Shown in pieces: positions 1 to 9,526 of a stretch of 64,000 nt of DNA. The DNA lies in NCBI GenBank assembly GCA_964650475.1, contig CAZYRK010000002.1, positions 12,087 to 76,086 on the forward strand, written 5' to 3'. Within the stretch, counting starts at the first letter, position 1; every line of letters starts with the position of its first letter. The notes under the pieces were generated by a model. The model saw only the letters and a list, made by a program, of their open reading frames with translations, was not told the DNA's origin and ran no database searches. Origin of the DNA: an uncultured Candidatus Saccharibacteria bacterium (GTDB taxonomy: Bacteria; Patescibacteriota; Minisyncoccia; Phycocordibacterales; Phycocordibacteraceae). The translations under genes and the position numbers were made by a program.

Positions 1-122
1 ACTGTTGGGTGAATTGTACGGGTTATTGTTCCAAGAGGACCCTTGACGGAAAGTGTCTGCACATCGGCAGAAACTTCGACTTTAGGTAGTTGGATAATTG
101 GCTTTTTTGCAAAACGTGACAT
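1..122 (-). CDS. rplF: 50S ribosomal protein L6, N-terminal part (runs off window)
   Basis: Manual translation MSRFAKKPIIQLPKVEV...VKGPLG; lies downstream of rpsH in spc order. Confidence 0.9.
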   Translation of the reverse strand, partial: MSRFAKKPIIQLPKVEVSADVQTLSVKGPLGTITRTIHPT

Positions 123-130
123 ATATAAAT

Positions 131-517
131 TTACCAGATTTCAAATAGTGATTCACCTCCCACACGCTCTCGACGTGCTTCGGAATCCGACAAAATTCCT
201 TTAGGTGTCGAGATAATTCGTGCTCCCATACCGCCGGCTACCGTATGTGCTTCGCGATGCGAAACATAGAGACGGCGACCTGGCTTGCTAACACGTCGCA
301 CGTCATGTATCTTGCCTACTCCTTTATCGTCATATGCAAGTTCCACGAGAAGCGTCCGTGCGTCTTTTTTCTCAACCTCTCCGACAAACCCGAGAGTACG
401 AAGCTTTTTGGCTATCGACTCAAGGTATGCGGAATACGGCAACGAAACATCGTCGTGCTTAACAGCAGTTGCATTCTTAAGACGGATTATGAAGTCTCCT
501 ACGCAATCGGTTACCAT
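131..517 (-). CDS. rpsH: 30S ribosomal protein S8
   Basis: [20 protein letters not shown] motifs; spc synteny. Confidence 0.97.
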   Translation of the reverse strand: MVTDCVGDFIIRLKNATAVKHDDVSLPYSAYLESIAKKLRTLGFVGEVEKKDARTLLVELAYDDKGVGKIHDVRRVSKPGRRLYVSHREAHTVAGGMGARIISTPKGILSDSEARRERVGGESLFEIW

Positions 518-780
518 GATGATTTTTTTACTCCAGGAACTTTACCCTCACGGGCAAGCTCACGGAAAGTTATACGGGACAAACCAAATGCGCGCAAATA
601 TCCATGAGCGCGTCCTGAGACTACGCAACGATTCTTCACGCGTACGGGAGAAGAGTTCTTTGGAAGTTTTTGCAAAGCATCCCAGTCGCCAGAAGCCTTA
701 AGCTCGGCGCGTCTCTCTGCGTACTTAGCAACGAGTCTTACTCGCTTTGCATTTCGTGCTATTTGTGAAGTTTTTGCCAT
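511..780 (-). CDS. rpsN: 30S ribosomal protein S14 (89-aa, Zn-free type)
   Basis: MAKTS...[17 protein letters not shown]...GVKKSSW; start reset to ATG at 780. Confidence 0.95.
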   Translation of the reverse strand: MAKTSQIARNAKRVRLVAKYAERRAELKASGDWDALQKLPKNSSPVRVKNRCVVSGRAHGYLRAFGLSRITFRELAREGKVPGVKKSSW

Positions 781-831
781 AGTGTTGAGAAATAATAAAA
801 AAGACGCGTGTTGCGTCACGATTGCATCCTA

Positions 832-1383
832 TCAGTGTTTAGGCGTTTGGTCAACGCACATCGGCAAACCGATGTGGCGCAAGAACGCTTCAGCCTCTGC
901 ACGTGTATTTGCGGTGGTTACAATAGTAATAGCAAGCCCGAAAATGTCCCTTAAGTCCTCGTCTGCGACCTCCGGAAAGATGGTGTGCTCACGTATGCCG
1001 ATTGTCATATTGCCCATTTCATCAATCGCTCCGGCAGAGAGACCTCTAAAGTCACGGGCTCGCGGAAGTGAAATATGAATGAGTTTATCGATGAAATCAA
1101 ACATGCGTGCTCCACGCAGTGTGACCTGCAGACCTACAGCGTCTCCTTCTCGCAACTTAAACGCCGCGATAGACTGTTTTGCAACACGAGACGATGGTTT
1201 CTGTCCGGTAATAAGACCAAGACGATCTGCGATAAGCGCAACTTGTTTTGCATCTTTCTTTTTTCCGGTTCCTGTTGAAACAACCACCTTCAAAATGCGC
1301 GGAGCAGCCATCCGGCTTGTGTAGCCGAACTCTTCGGAAAGCGCCTCGAAGGCTGTTTGCTGTTTTTCTTTTGTAAGCATCAT
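832..1383 (-). CDS. rplE: 50S ribosomal protein L5
   Basis: ITGQKP, FKLREG, RARDFRGL, IFPE motifs. Confidence 0.97.
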   Translation of the reverse strand: MMLTKEKQQTAFEALSEEFGYTSRMAAPRILKVVVSTGTGKKKDAKQVALIADRLGLITGQKPSSRVAKQSIAAFKLREGDAVGLQVTLRGARMFDFIDKLIHISLPRARDFRGLSAGAIDEMGNMTIGIREHTIFPEVADEDLRDIFGLAITIVTTANTRAEAEAFLRHIGLPMCVDQTPKH

Positions 1384-1397
1384 AAGTATATAAAGTA

Positions 1398-1703
1398 TTA
1401 GCCTAAGTCCTCACCACTTTTAACAGAAATACGCGTTCGCTTGCCATCTTTCTTTTCAAGACGAATACGTGTCGGCTTTTTGGTTTTTGGGTCAATAATC
1501 ATCACGTTTGAAGCGTGGATTGGCAAAGGACGCTCGACGATACGCCCGACCTCACCACGAGCACCTTTAATGTGCCGTTTTGCAACAGCGACACCTTCCA
1601 CTACCACGCGATCCTTTTGCGGGAATACGCGTAGCACGGTACCGGTTTTACCTTTGTCTTTACCGGATATTATTTGCACATTGTCGTTTTTCTTGATTTT
1701 CAT
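1398..1703 (-). CDS. rplX: 50S ribosomal protein L24
   Basis: KOW motif ISGKDKGKTG; PIHASNV. Confidence 0.97.
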   Translation of the reverse strand: MKIKKNDNVQIISGKDKGKTGTVLRVFPQKDRVVVEGVAVAKRHIKGARGEVGRIVERPLPIHASNVMIIDPKTKKPTRIRLEKKDGKRTRISVKSGEDLG

Positions 1704-1711
1704 AATTTTAT

Positions 1712-2089
1712 TTATACAACTTCAGGAGCTGCTGATGCTATTGCTTGCCACCCCATTTCGGTTAGCTCTCTCGGAACAGGGCCGAAAACACGATTACCGC
1801 GCGGAGCCATCTCTTTACCCCTCTTTTCTACCAAAACAACTGCGTTGTCGTCAAATGAGATATACGAGCCATCTTTACGGCGCATAGGTTTCTTTGTGCG
1901 TACAACAACAGCACGTACGATATCTTTCTTTTTAACTTGTTTGCGCGGCTCTGCTGTTTGGATTGATGCCACGACAGTATCTCCGATACGAGCGTAACGA
2001 CGCTTGTGTCCTCCGAGCACCTTGAACACTCGGGCAATCTTGCCTCCGGAGTTGTCGGTGATATTAACGATGGTTTGCGATTGAATCAT
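1712..2089 (-). CDS. rplN: 50S ribosomal protein L14
   Basis: DNSGG, FDDNAVV, RVFGPVPREL. Confidence 0.97.
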   Translation of the reverse strand: MIQSQTIVNITDNSGGKIARVFKVLGGHKRRYARIGDTVVASIQTAEPRKQVKKKDIVRAVVVRTKKPMRRKDGSYISFDDNAVVLVEKRGKEMAPRGNRVFGPVPRELTEMGWQAIASAAPEVV

Positions 2090-2091
2090 AC

Positions 2092-2334
2092 TTATTTTAA
2101 AAGTCTAAAGCGTTTTAGTTTCGACACAGGTCGGCATGCTACGATAGTAACTTTCTCACCAACCTTGGCTGTGTTTTCAGGATCGTGTACAAGAAACTTT
2201 TTCGTACGAACCTGATACTTCTTATACTTAGGATGCTTTACGTATCGCGATACTGAGACCACGGCGGTGTCTTTCGAAGCCGTTTTAACAACGGTTCCTT
2301 GAAATGTTTGCGGTTTTGTTTCGGTAGTAGTCAT
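2092..2334 (-). CDS. rpsQ: 30S ribosomal protein S17
   Basis: HPKYKK, HD, RPVSKLKRF. Confidence 0.96.
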   Translation of the reverse strand: MTTTETKPQTFQGTVVKTASKDTAVVSVSRYVKHPKYKKYQVRTKKFLVHDPENTAKVGEKVTIVACRPVSKLKRFRLLK

Positions 2335-2337
2335 ATT

Positions 2338-2541
2338 TTATTTTTTTACGGTATTCGCGCGTGAAGAAAACTCGGTCATAATGCGTGCAATCTCTTTACG
2401 AATCTTGCGCGGTTCGCTCGTATCTTTCGGGCGGGAGCCTGCAGAAGTAAAACGAACAACTCGAAGCTCTTCGCGTTTTTGCGAAAGAATCTTTGAAAGT
2501 TCCGTATTGGTTTTATCCGTGTATTTTGTGTTTTTTTCCAT
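2338..2541 (-). CDS. rpmC: 50S ribosomal protein L29
   Basis: RKIRKEIARIMT; between rplP and rpsQ. Confidence 0.92.
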   Translation of the reverse strand: MEKNTKYTDKTNTELSKILSQKREELRVVRFTSAGSRPKDTSEPRKIRKEIARIMTEFSSRANTVKK

Positions 2542-2545
2542 AATA

Positions 2546-2965
2546 TTATCGAGAAATGAAGACTGTCTTCATCGGGAGTTTCGAGCCCGCGCGACGCATA
2601 GCGTCGCGCGCCAAGGTCTCTTCGATACCGTCGATTTCAAACAGTATACGACCGGGGCGAACTTCGAATACGAAGTATTTCGGATCTCCTTTACCATGAC
2701 CCATACCGACCTCGGCAGGCTTGTTGGTGATAGGACGATCCGGGAACACGCGAATCCAGACCTTACCACTTTTTCCGGTTGCGCGCGAGAGAACCTTACG
2801 AGCCGCCTCAATCTGGTTGCTTGTAAGACGTGACGGGGTTATGGCTTTTAACCCATAGTTACCAAACGTGAGTACAGTACCTCGGGTATCTGGACGTGCT
2901 CGGCGTGCTAGACTTTTACGCCCTATTTGCCACTTGCGGTGTTTTACTTTTTTAGGAAACAACAT
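2546..2965 (-). CDS. rplP: 50S ribosomal protein L16
   Basis: QIEAAR, WIRVFPD, MGHGKG. Confidence 0.97.
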   Translation of the reverse strand: MLFPKKVKHRKWQIGRKSLARRARPDTRGTVLTFGNYGLKAITPSRLTSNQIEAARKVLSRATGKSGKVWIRVFPDRPITNKPAEVGMGHGKGDPKYFVFEVRPGRILFEIDGIEETLARDAMRRAGSKLPMKTVFISR

Positions 2966-2976
2966 ACGTATATATA

Positions 2977-3663
2977 TTACATTCTACGGTGAGCCGTGTT
3001 TTGATCGGTTGTGTGCTTGTCGCCTCGATAAATCCAAACCTTAATACCGAGAACACCGTACGGAAGGTGTGCTTGCACACTTGCGTAGTCAATGTCTGCA
3101 CGAAAAGTCTGCAAAGGAATACGTCCTCGCTTTACCTCTTCCTTGCGTGACATGTCGGCTCCTCCGAGACGCCCCGCCAAAGCGATACGAACTCCAGAAA
3201 CCTCTCGTACTGCTATAACCTTTTCTGCGGTCTGTTTTAGAACGCGACGAAATGGCATTCTCTTTTCAAGACCTTCCGCAATCATATATGCCACAACAGT
3301 AGCATCAGTCTCTGGCTGACGAATTTCCGTGATGTCAATCTTGATTACATGATTGTGTGCAGGAGCTGTCTTGTGCACGAGACGAGTAACCTCCGCGCGT
3401 ATTTTTGTAGCGTTCTCACCTGAACGACCGATAACAAGCCCCGGACGTGCTGTGTGTATGAAAATACGCAATTCAGTTTCCGTGCGCTCTATATCGACAC
3501 CGCTTGTGTGAGTACCGCGCAATCGTTTTGTAAGGAAATCACGGACAACAGCATCAACTTGGATATTTTCTCGATACTGTTTTTTATCAAGCGCGAACCA
3601 GCGACTTTTCCAGTCACGGATAATGCCGAGGCGATGTGCGTAAGGATGGACAATGTGTGTCAT
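2977..3663 (-). CDS. rpsC: 30S ribosomal protein S3
   Basis: RLGIIRDW, RPGLVIGR, GRLGGA, PLQTFRADIDY. Confidence 0.97.
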   Translation of the reverse strand: MTHIVHPYAHRLGIIRDWKSRWFALDKKQYRENIQVDAVVRDFLTKRLRGTHTSGVDIERTETELRIFIHTARPGLVIGRSGENATKIRAEVTRLVHKTAPAHNHVIKIDITEIRQPETDATVVAYMIAEGLEKRMPFRRVLKQTAEKVIAVREVSGVRIALAGRLGGADMSRKEEVKRGRIPLQTFRADIDYASVQAHLPYGVLGIKVWIYRGDKHTTDQNTAHRRM

Positions 3664-3678
3664 GATATGTATGAAAAA

Positions 3679-4011
3679 TTATACGGACTTTTCTTCCGTA
3701 AGAGTAACCGCCATGCGACTTTTGCGATGACGAATAGTTGAAGCGCGACCAAATGCTCGTGCGCGGAAACGCTTAAGCATTCCGGAGCTATCGACCGTTA
3801 TGTTTGCAATACGCAGGTCTTCCGGTTTCGCACCCTTCTGTGTTGCGTTTGCAACAGCAGAGCGGATTAGTTTAGAAACAGGCTGTGCAGCGCGTTTGTT
3901 GAGGAAATCGAGCTCCGCAAGAGCGAGCGCGACTTTCTTGCCTTTTACAAGGTTCGTAACGAGGCGCACTTTACGCGGGGACTGATTATATCCTTTTAGT
4001 TCAGCTTTCAT
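3679..4011 (-). CDS. rplV: 50S ribosomal protein L22
   Basis: SPRKVRLV, SAVANA, RAFGRA. Confidence 0.96.
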   Translation of the reverse strand: MKAELKGYNQSPRKVRLVTNLVKGKKVALALAELDFLNKRAAQPVSKLIRSAVANATQKGAKPEDLRIANITVDSSGMLKRFRARAFGRASTIRHRKSRMAVTLTEEKSV

Positions 4012-4014
4012 ATG

Positions 4015-4356
4015 TTATTTCTTTGCAGAGCTAGACTCTTTTGCCGCCTTTGCCGCAGCTATTTCCGATTGCTGGCGCTTCTGTTCGAGCTCCTTCTGCA
4101 TTTTACCGCCGTGACGTACAAATTTCTTTGTTGGCGAAAACTCTCCCAATCGATGACCGACCATGTCCTCGGTAACTCGCACTTCAACATGCTGTTTGCC
4201 GTTGTGAACGCCAAAAGTAAAGCCCACCATTTCCGGAGCAATCTGACTTCCGCGAGCCCACGTTTTGATAACAGAAGCATCAGCCGGTTTTTTGCCGGAG
4301 ATTTTCTTCATGAGCTTCACGTCCACGTATGGACCTTTTTTTAGTGATCGAGACAT
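4015..4356 (-). CDS. rpsS: 30S ribosomal protein S19
   Basis: [26 protein letters not shown]; start reset to 4356. Confidence 0.96.
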   Translation of the reverse strand: MSRSLKKGPYVDVKLMKKISGKKPADASVIKTWARGSQIAPEMVGFTFGVHNGKQHVEVRVTEDMVGHRLGEFSPTKKFVRHGGKMQKELEQKRQQSEIAAAKAAKESSSAKK

Positions 4357-4666
4357 AATGAAATTAAAACCCGCGATGCGGGATAAAGCTACGATACAGG
4401 AAACAGCCACGAGAGTCAACACATTGTGCCTTGTAGTGTTACAAAACATTGACCATCGAGTATGAAAACTTTTTATACAGAGATTGCGAACGCCTTAAAC
4501 AGACTTTATATTAAACAAATTTTATACGTTTGTAGCATAATCCAGCGCATCTCCGTTAATAACAGATATAATTTGCTTTTTAACGCGCGATTAAATTCTG
4601 CGGAGCTTTTTAAGTTGGTAAATACGACAACACTACTAAAAAGCAAACACTTTATCTACGGTGTGC

Positions 4667-4708
4667 CGCGAAAAAACGCGCGACCTTTCGGTCGCGCGTT
4701 TTTTCGCG
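4667..4708. terminator. Perfect 19-bp hairpin downstream of rplB (GAAA loop on minus strand), probable terminator
   Basis: cgcgaaaaaacgcgcgacc-tttc-ggtcgcgcgttttttcgcg. Confidence 0.65.
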
Positions 4709-4726
4709 TGTTGGTTTCTAAAATAA

Positions 4727-5569
4727 CTACCGCCTCTTTCCAACTTTACGTCGAGATACAATAAATGTATTCGAGTACTTCTTCGGTCGGCGCGTCTTCT
4801 GCCCCTTTCCGGTCGGCTTGCCCCATTTGCTCTTTGCACGACGAGTACCTCGTCCTTGTCTACCTTCACCACCTCCGTGTGGATGATCGACAGGGTTCAT
4901 AGCATTACCACGCACAGTAGGTCGTTTACCCATCCAACGAGAACGCCCCGCCTTACCGATTTTTACGAGCATGTGCTCCTCGTTACCAACAGCACCGACA
5001 GATGCCCAACATAGATCGGAAATCTTACGCACCTCGGTCGACGGAAGCTTTATTTGAGCGTATCCGGCATCATGTGCGATTACCTGCGCGTAGTTTCCAG
5101 CAGAACGTGCCAGACGCGAACCTGCCCCAACCTGAAGCTCTATATTGTATACAAAAGTACCTACAGGAATCTTTCCGAGAGGAAGACGGTTGCCTGTCTT
5201 TACCGGAGCATCTTCCGAAACGATAAACGAATCGCCCACCTCCATGTTTTTAGGAGCGAGCACATAGCGACGCTCTCCATCTGCGTAAAGTGCGATAGCA
5301 ATGTTTGCTGATCGGTACGGATCGTACTCGATTGTAGTGAACTTTGCCGGAACACCCCTCTTGTCGTACTTGAAATCAAGCTTACGGTACCTGCGTTTGT
5401 GTCCCCCACCTTGGTGACGGGTTGTAATACGTCCAAAGGCATTGCGTCCAGCTTGACGTTTCTTGCTGGAAAGCAAGCTCTTGGTTGGTTTATCGCCAGA
5501 AAGATTTTCTCGATATGGCAATGTCGACATGTGACGACGACTCTTGGTTGTTGGTTTGTAAGTTTTCAT
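4727..5569 (-). CDS. rplB: 50S ribosomal protein L2
   Basis: GRNAFGRIT, IEYDPYRSA, MNPVDHPHGGGEG. Confidence 0.98.
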   Translation of the reverse strand: MKTYKPTTKSRRHMSTLPYRENLSGDKPTKSLLSSKKRQAGRNAFGRITTRHQGGGHKRRYRKLDFKYDKRGVPAKFTTIEYDPYRSANIAIALYADGERRYVLAPKNMEVGDSFIVSEDAPVKTGNRLPLGKIPVGTFVYNIELQVGAGSRLARSAGNYAQVIAHDAGYAQIKLPSTEVRKISDLCWASVGAVGNEEHMLVKIGKAGRSRWMGKRPTVRGNAMNPVDHPHGGGEGRQGRGTRRAKSKWGKPTGKGQKTRRPKKYSNTFIVSRRKVGKRR

Positions 5570-5578
5570 ATACTCGTT

Positions 5579-5968
5579 CTAAGCAAATTGAATAGTGTCC
5601 CCTTTATTGAGGTAAACGTACGCCTTGCGACGACGTGGGCGAATAGCAACACCTGCACGGGCACGCTTTGAAACGCGCTTGCCCGGAAGATTTACAATAC
5701 GCACACTGCGCGGTACTACGTTATAGATTGTTTCTACAGCGCGCGCAACATCTTTTTTCGTTGCAGATCGCGGAATTGCAAATACATAAATACCGTTGTC
5801 TGTTCCGATAAGTGCTTTTTCGGAAATCCACGGAGCGGTAAGGACGACAGCAGCGCGGGCGCGAAGCGCAGTTGTAGCTTCACGTGCTTTTTTTGCAGGT
5901 GCTTTTGCTACTGCGGTTTTTTTCGCTTTTGCGTCTTTTGTAGTTGTGTCTTTAGAGAAGAGAGCCAT
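5579..5968 (-). CDS. rplW: 50S ribosomal protein L23
   Basis: ISEKA, ATKKDV, KAYVYL; between rplD and rplB. Confidence 0.93.
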   Translation of the reverse strand: MALFSKDTTTKDAKAKKTAVAKAPAKKAREATTALRARAAVVLTAPWISEKALIGTDNGIYVFAIPRSATKKDVARAVETIYNVVPRSVRIVNLPGKRVSKRARAGVAIRPRRRKAYVYLNKGDTIQFA

Positions 5969-5982
5969 AAGTCAAAATATAA

Positions 5983-6729
5983 TTATGCACGTTTTGAGCG
6001 AGCTACTCGCTCTTTAAGAACTCCAAACGCTTCGGTCGGTTTCTCGATGATTAAGTAACGGTATCCAAGTATATCAACCGGGTTTAGGTTTCGTACTTCT
6101 TCTGTAAAGATGTTACCGAAGTTGCTGAAACTTTTTTTAACAAATGAGTCTTTTCCAGAAAGTGCGATGATTGTTGCGTTATTGCGACGCTCTGCAAGCA
6201 TCGGTGTACCGGAAGCTTTCGCAATAGCTGTAATCGCAGATTTCGCGTCTTTACTCTTCGGGGCATCAAATGATAGCGAGTCTACAAAGAAGACTTCTCC
6301 TTCCGCAAACTTTTTAGAGAGTACGGACACGAGGGCTCCTATGCGCATCTTGCGATTTGCTTTTTGTGTATAGTCGCGCTCCGGACGAGGTCCGTGAGTT
6401 GTTCCACCTCCACGCCATATAGGTGAACGGCGTGAACCATGGCGTGCACGACCTGTGCCTTTCTGTTTCCATGGCTTTTTTCCACCACCACGCACCTCAC
6501 TACGGTCTTTTGTACTTGCTACCGTTGGGCGAGCATTGGCTTGCATAGCAAGCACAACTTGATGTACGAGCTCCGCTTTCCATGAGACACCGAACAGCTC
6601 TTCCGGAAGATCTATCTTGCCAGACTCTTTGCCGTCCATTGTATAAACAGGAGCAGAAAGCTTCACGGCAACTTTTTTTGCCGTAGTATTTTCTTTCTTT
6701 ATTATATCTTTCTTTGTTGTAGTAGCCAT
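5983..6729 (-). CDS. rplD: 50S ribosomal protein L4
   Basis: KPWKQKGTGRARHGS, WRGGG. Confidence 0.97.
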   Translation of the reverse strand: MATTTKKDIIKKENTTAKKVAVKLSAPVYTMDGKESGKIDLPEELFGVSWKAELVHQVVLAMQANARPTVASTKDRSEVRGGGKKPWKQKGTGRARHGSRRSPIWRGGGTTHGPRPERDYTQKANRKMRIGALVSVLSKKFAEGEVFFVDSLSFDAPKSKDAKSAITAIAKASGTPMLAERRNNATIIALSGKDSFVKKSFSNFGNIFTEEVRNLNPVDILGYRYLIIEKPTEAFGVLKERVARSKRA

Positions 6730-6740
6730 ATTTAAATATT

Positions 6741-7358
6741 TTAGGCAGAGATTATCTCTACCAACGAACCACGTCTTCCCGGAATTGCTCCGGAAATTAT
6801 GATTTCTCCGGTCTTTGAATCGACCGCGAGCACTTTGAGACCTTTTACAGTAACTCGTGTATTTCCCATGCGTCCGCCCATGCGCATACCTTTTGCAACG
6901 CGACCTCCGGCACGACCTCCCGAACCGCCGATTGAACCTGGCTCACGCTCGGAATGTTTCTGACCATGCGAGCGAGGACCTCCATGGAAACCATGACGTC
7001 TCACAACACCTGCAAAGCCTTTTCCTTTCATTGTGCCGGAAACCTGTACCTTGTCGCCTTCTGCAAAATCATCAACCGTTATCTCCATACCTACATTGTA
7101 TTCGGCATGGTTATCGATACGAAACTCTTTCAAGACCTTAAAAGCTTTGCCTTTGAGGTGTCCGAGCACTGGTTTGCTGAGCCTCTCTTTTTTCTGATCG
7201 TCAAAACCAACTTGTACAGCTGAATAGCCATCGTCTGCTGGAGTTTTAACTTGAGTCACGGTAACAGGTCCCGCTTTAAGGATTGTACCTGCAAACGACC
7301 GACCTTCGTCGGTAAAAATCTGCGTCATGCGCTCTTTGCGGGCAAGAATAAATTTCAT
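6741..7358 (-). CDS. rplC: 50S ribosomal protein L3
   Basis: DGYSAVQVG, KGKGFAG, PGSIG; start reset to MKFILARK at 7358. Confidence 0.97.
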   Translation of the reverse strand: MKFILARKERMTQIFTDEGRSFAGTILKAGPVTVTQVKTPADDGYSAVQVGFDDQKKERLSKPVLGHLKGKAFKVLKEFRIDNHAEYNVGMEITVDDFAEGDKVQVSGTMKGKGFAGVVRRHGFHGGPRSHGQKHSEREPGSIGGSGGRAGGRVAKGMRMGGRMGNTRVTVKGLKVLAVDSKTGEIIISGAIPGRRGSLVEIISA

Positions 7359-7607
7359 GAGTATAAAGCAAAACGCGCAGCGGCATATCGCACTGCGCGA
7401 TGTACCATTGGTCCGTATCATGTTCCGAAATTGGAAAACAGATACGTACGTAGCGTTATAGAGAGCACTCTACACGAACAAAACAAGAAATGCAACCGTT
7501 TGCGCCTGTAATTCAAGAAACACACTCCGTCTCTACACGACAATACCCCACCACAGGCACTGTTTTTAATAATACGAAGCAAAAGCACTCGAGTTTGGTA
7601 GTAAATG

Positions 7608-7651
7608 CAAAGAAAAACACGGCGCCGTTGCCGGCGCCGTGTTTTTCTTTG
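7608..7651. terminator. Perfect 20-bp hairpin downstream of rpsJ, probable terminator
   Basis: caaagaaaaacacggcgccg-ttgc-cggcgccgtgtttttctttg. Confidence 0.65.
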
Positions 7652-7676
7652 TTTTGTGCGATATTGCGCGAGAACG

Positions 7677-8042
7677 CTATATCATTTTCACATCAATCGT
7701 AACCCCTGAAGGGAGTGTAAGATTTGTGAGAGCCTCAACAACTTTCGGTGATGGTGAAAGAATATCGATTAGTCGTTTGTGGATACGCATTTCGAACTGT
7801 TCGCGAGCGTTCTTGTGAACGAATGTAGATCGGTTTACAGTCCAACGTTTAAGCTCAGTCGGAAGAGGCACGGGTCCGATTATCTTTGCGTCAAAACGCT
7901 GTGCCGTGTCCACAATCTGCTTAACCGAGAGGTCGAGCACTTTGTGCTCGTAGGCGCGCACTCGGATACGCAGCTTCGGCTCAGATGCGACCGCGGACGC
8001 TCCTTTTGCTTTTGCTATTTTGTCTTTTGCGGTCGTTGCCAT
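7677..8042 (-). CDS. rpsJ: 30S ribosomal protein S10
   Basis: [22 protein letters not shown]. Confidence 0.97.
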   Translation of the reverse strand: MATTAKDKIAKAKGASAVASEPKLRIRVRAYEHKVLDLSVKQIVDTAQRFDAKIIGPVPLPTELKRWTVNRSTFVHKNAREQFEMRIHKRLIDILSPSPKVVEALTNLTLPSGVTIDVKMI

Positions 8043-8063
8043 AATGATTCAATTAGTACAACA

Positions 8064-9260
8064 CTAGGCGCTAACTTTTGTAACAACACCAGCACCAACA
8101 GTCTTGCCTCCTTCGCGAATAGCAAAGTGCTGTTGCGCTTCAAGTGCTACAGGAGCTGTAAGCTTAACCTTGAAAGTAACTGTGTCTCCTGGCATAACCA
8201 TCTCCTTTCCTTCCGGAAGAGTAACCTCGCCTGTTACGTCCGTAGTACGGATGTAGAACTGAGGTTTGTAACCGGTGAAGAATGGTGTGTGACGACCACC
8301 CTCGTCTTTACCGAGGATATATACCTCTGCTTCAAAGTCTGTGTGTGGTGTTACCGTACCTGGCTTCACAAGAACCTGACCACGGTGCACGTCTTCTTTC
8401 TTTGTGCCTCGCAAGAGGATACCTGCGTTGTCGCCTGCCTGACCTTCTTGAAGCTGTTTGTTGAACATTTCAATACCGGTAACGGTCGTCTTTGTTGTTT
8501 CTTTGATACCAACAATCTCAACTTCCTCACCAACTTTGACTTGTCCTCGCTCTATACGGCCTGTTACAACAGTACCGCGACCTTCAATGGAGAAGATGTC
8601 TTCAATCGGCATAAGGAACGGCTTCTCAAGATCACGTACAGGATCCGGGAAGAACTCGTCCATTGTGTCGACAAGTTTCTTAACATTCTGTGCCTGTTCG
8701 TCATCTGCTGAAGTTGCTTCAAGTGCTTTCAAAGCGGAACCGCGAATAAATGGTGAGTCCTTGAAGCCCTGCTTCTCAAGGAGCTCTTTGATTTCTTCTT
8801 CCACGAGATCAATCATGTCTGCGTCGTCTACCATATCGGTCTTGTTAAGGAATACGATAATGTTTGGTACGCCAACTTGCTTTGCGAGAAGGATATGCTC
8901 ACGAGTTTGTGGCATAGCCCCGTCGGTTGCTGCGACCACGAGAACAGCTCCGTCCATTTGGGCGGCACCTGTAATCATGTTCTTAATGTAGTCTGCGTGA
9001 CCCGGAGCATCGATGTGCGCGTAATGGCGTTTCGGTGTCTCGTATTCCGAGTGGTGAAGAGCGATAGTAATACCGCGCGCCTTTTCTTCGGGCGCGTTGT
9101 CGATGTTCTCAACTTTTTCGCTACGAGCTTTATAGCCCGCTGATTCGTTGAGAGTAAGTACGTTTAGTATAGCCGCTGTGAGTGTTGTCTTACCATGGTC
9201 GACATGACCGATAGTACCAACGTTCACATGAGGCTTACTGCGATCAAATTCTGCTGCCAT
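8064..9260 (-). CDS. tuf: Elongation factor Tu
   Basis: [30 protein letters not shown]. Confidence 0.99.
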   Translation of the reverse strand: MAAEFDRSKPHVNVGTIGHVDHGKTTLTAAILNVLTLNESAGYKARSEKVENIDNAPEEKARGITIALHHSEYETPKRHYAHIDAPGHADYIKNMITGAAQMDGAVLVVAATDGAMPQTREHILLAKQVGVPNIIVFLNKTDMVDDADMIDLVEEEIKELLEKQGFKDSPFIRGSALKALEATSADDEQAQNVKKLVDTMDEFFPDPVRDLEKPFLMPIEDIFSIEGRGTVVTGRIERGQVKVGEEVEIVGIKETTKTTVTGIEMFNKQLQEGQAGDNAGILLRGTKKEDVHRGQVLVKPGTVTPHTDFEAEVYILGKDEGGRHTPFFTGYKPQFYIRTTDVTGEVTLPEGKEMVMPGDTVTFKVKLTAPVALEAQQHFAIREGGKTVGAGVVTKVSA

Positions 9261-9467
9261 AAGTCTTGTAAATTAAAATTAAAAGAATCGAAATAATAGA
9301 TAACGCGCCGCGCCTCGCGCCGACGGTGATACCGTCGAGTTCAAACACGACGCCCGAAAGTGTCGCGAACGAACAATTGCGTTAGTGCAAAGGTTACCCG
9401 ACCTGAGAGAAAAGGTCAAGAAAAATATACCCTGCCTCTCTATTTTACCGGTGTTGTTGCTACACCA

Positions 9468-9510
9468 AAACCCAAACGCGCGCAAACAAAGTTTGCGCGC
9501 GTTTGGGTTT
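9468..9510. repeat. Perfect 20-bp hairpin with c-AAA-g loop downstream of fusA
   Basis: aaacccaaacgcgcgcaaac-aaa-gtttgcgcgcgtttgggttt. Confidence 0.85.
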
Positions 9511-9526
9511 AACACATACTTAAATT

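Noticed and set aside
7779-8711. Long antisense ORFs (for example 7779-8711, 35926-36984, 56542-57315, 17270-18124)
   Set aside because: Shadows of well-supported genes on the opposite strand, with no recognisable motifs.
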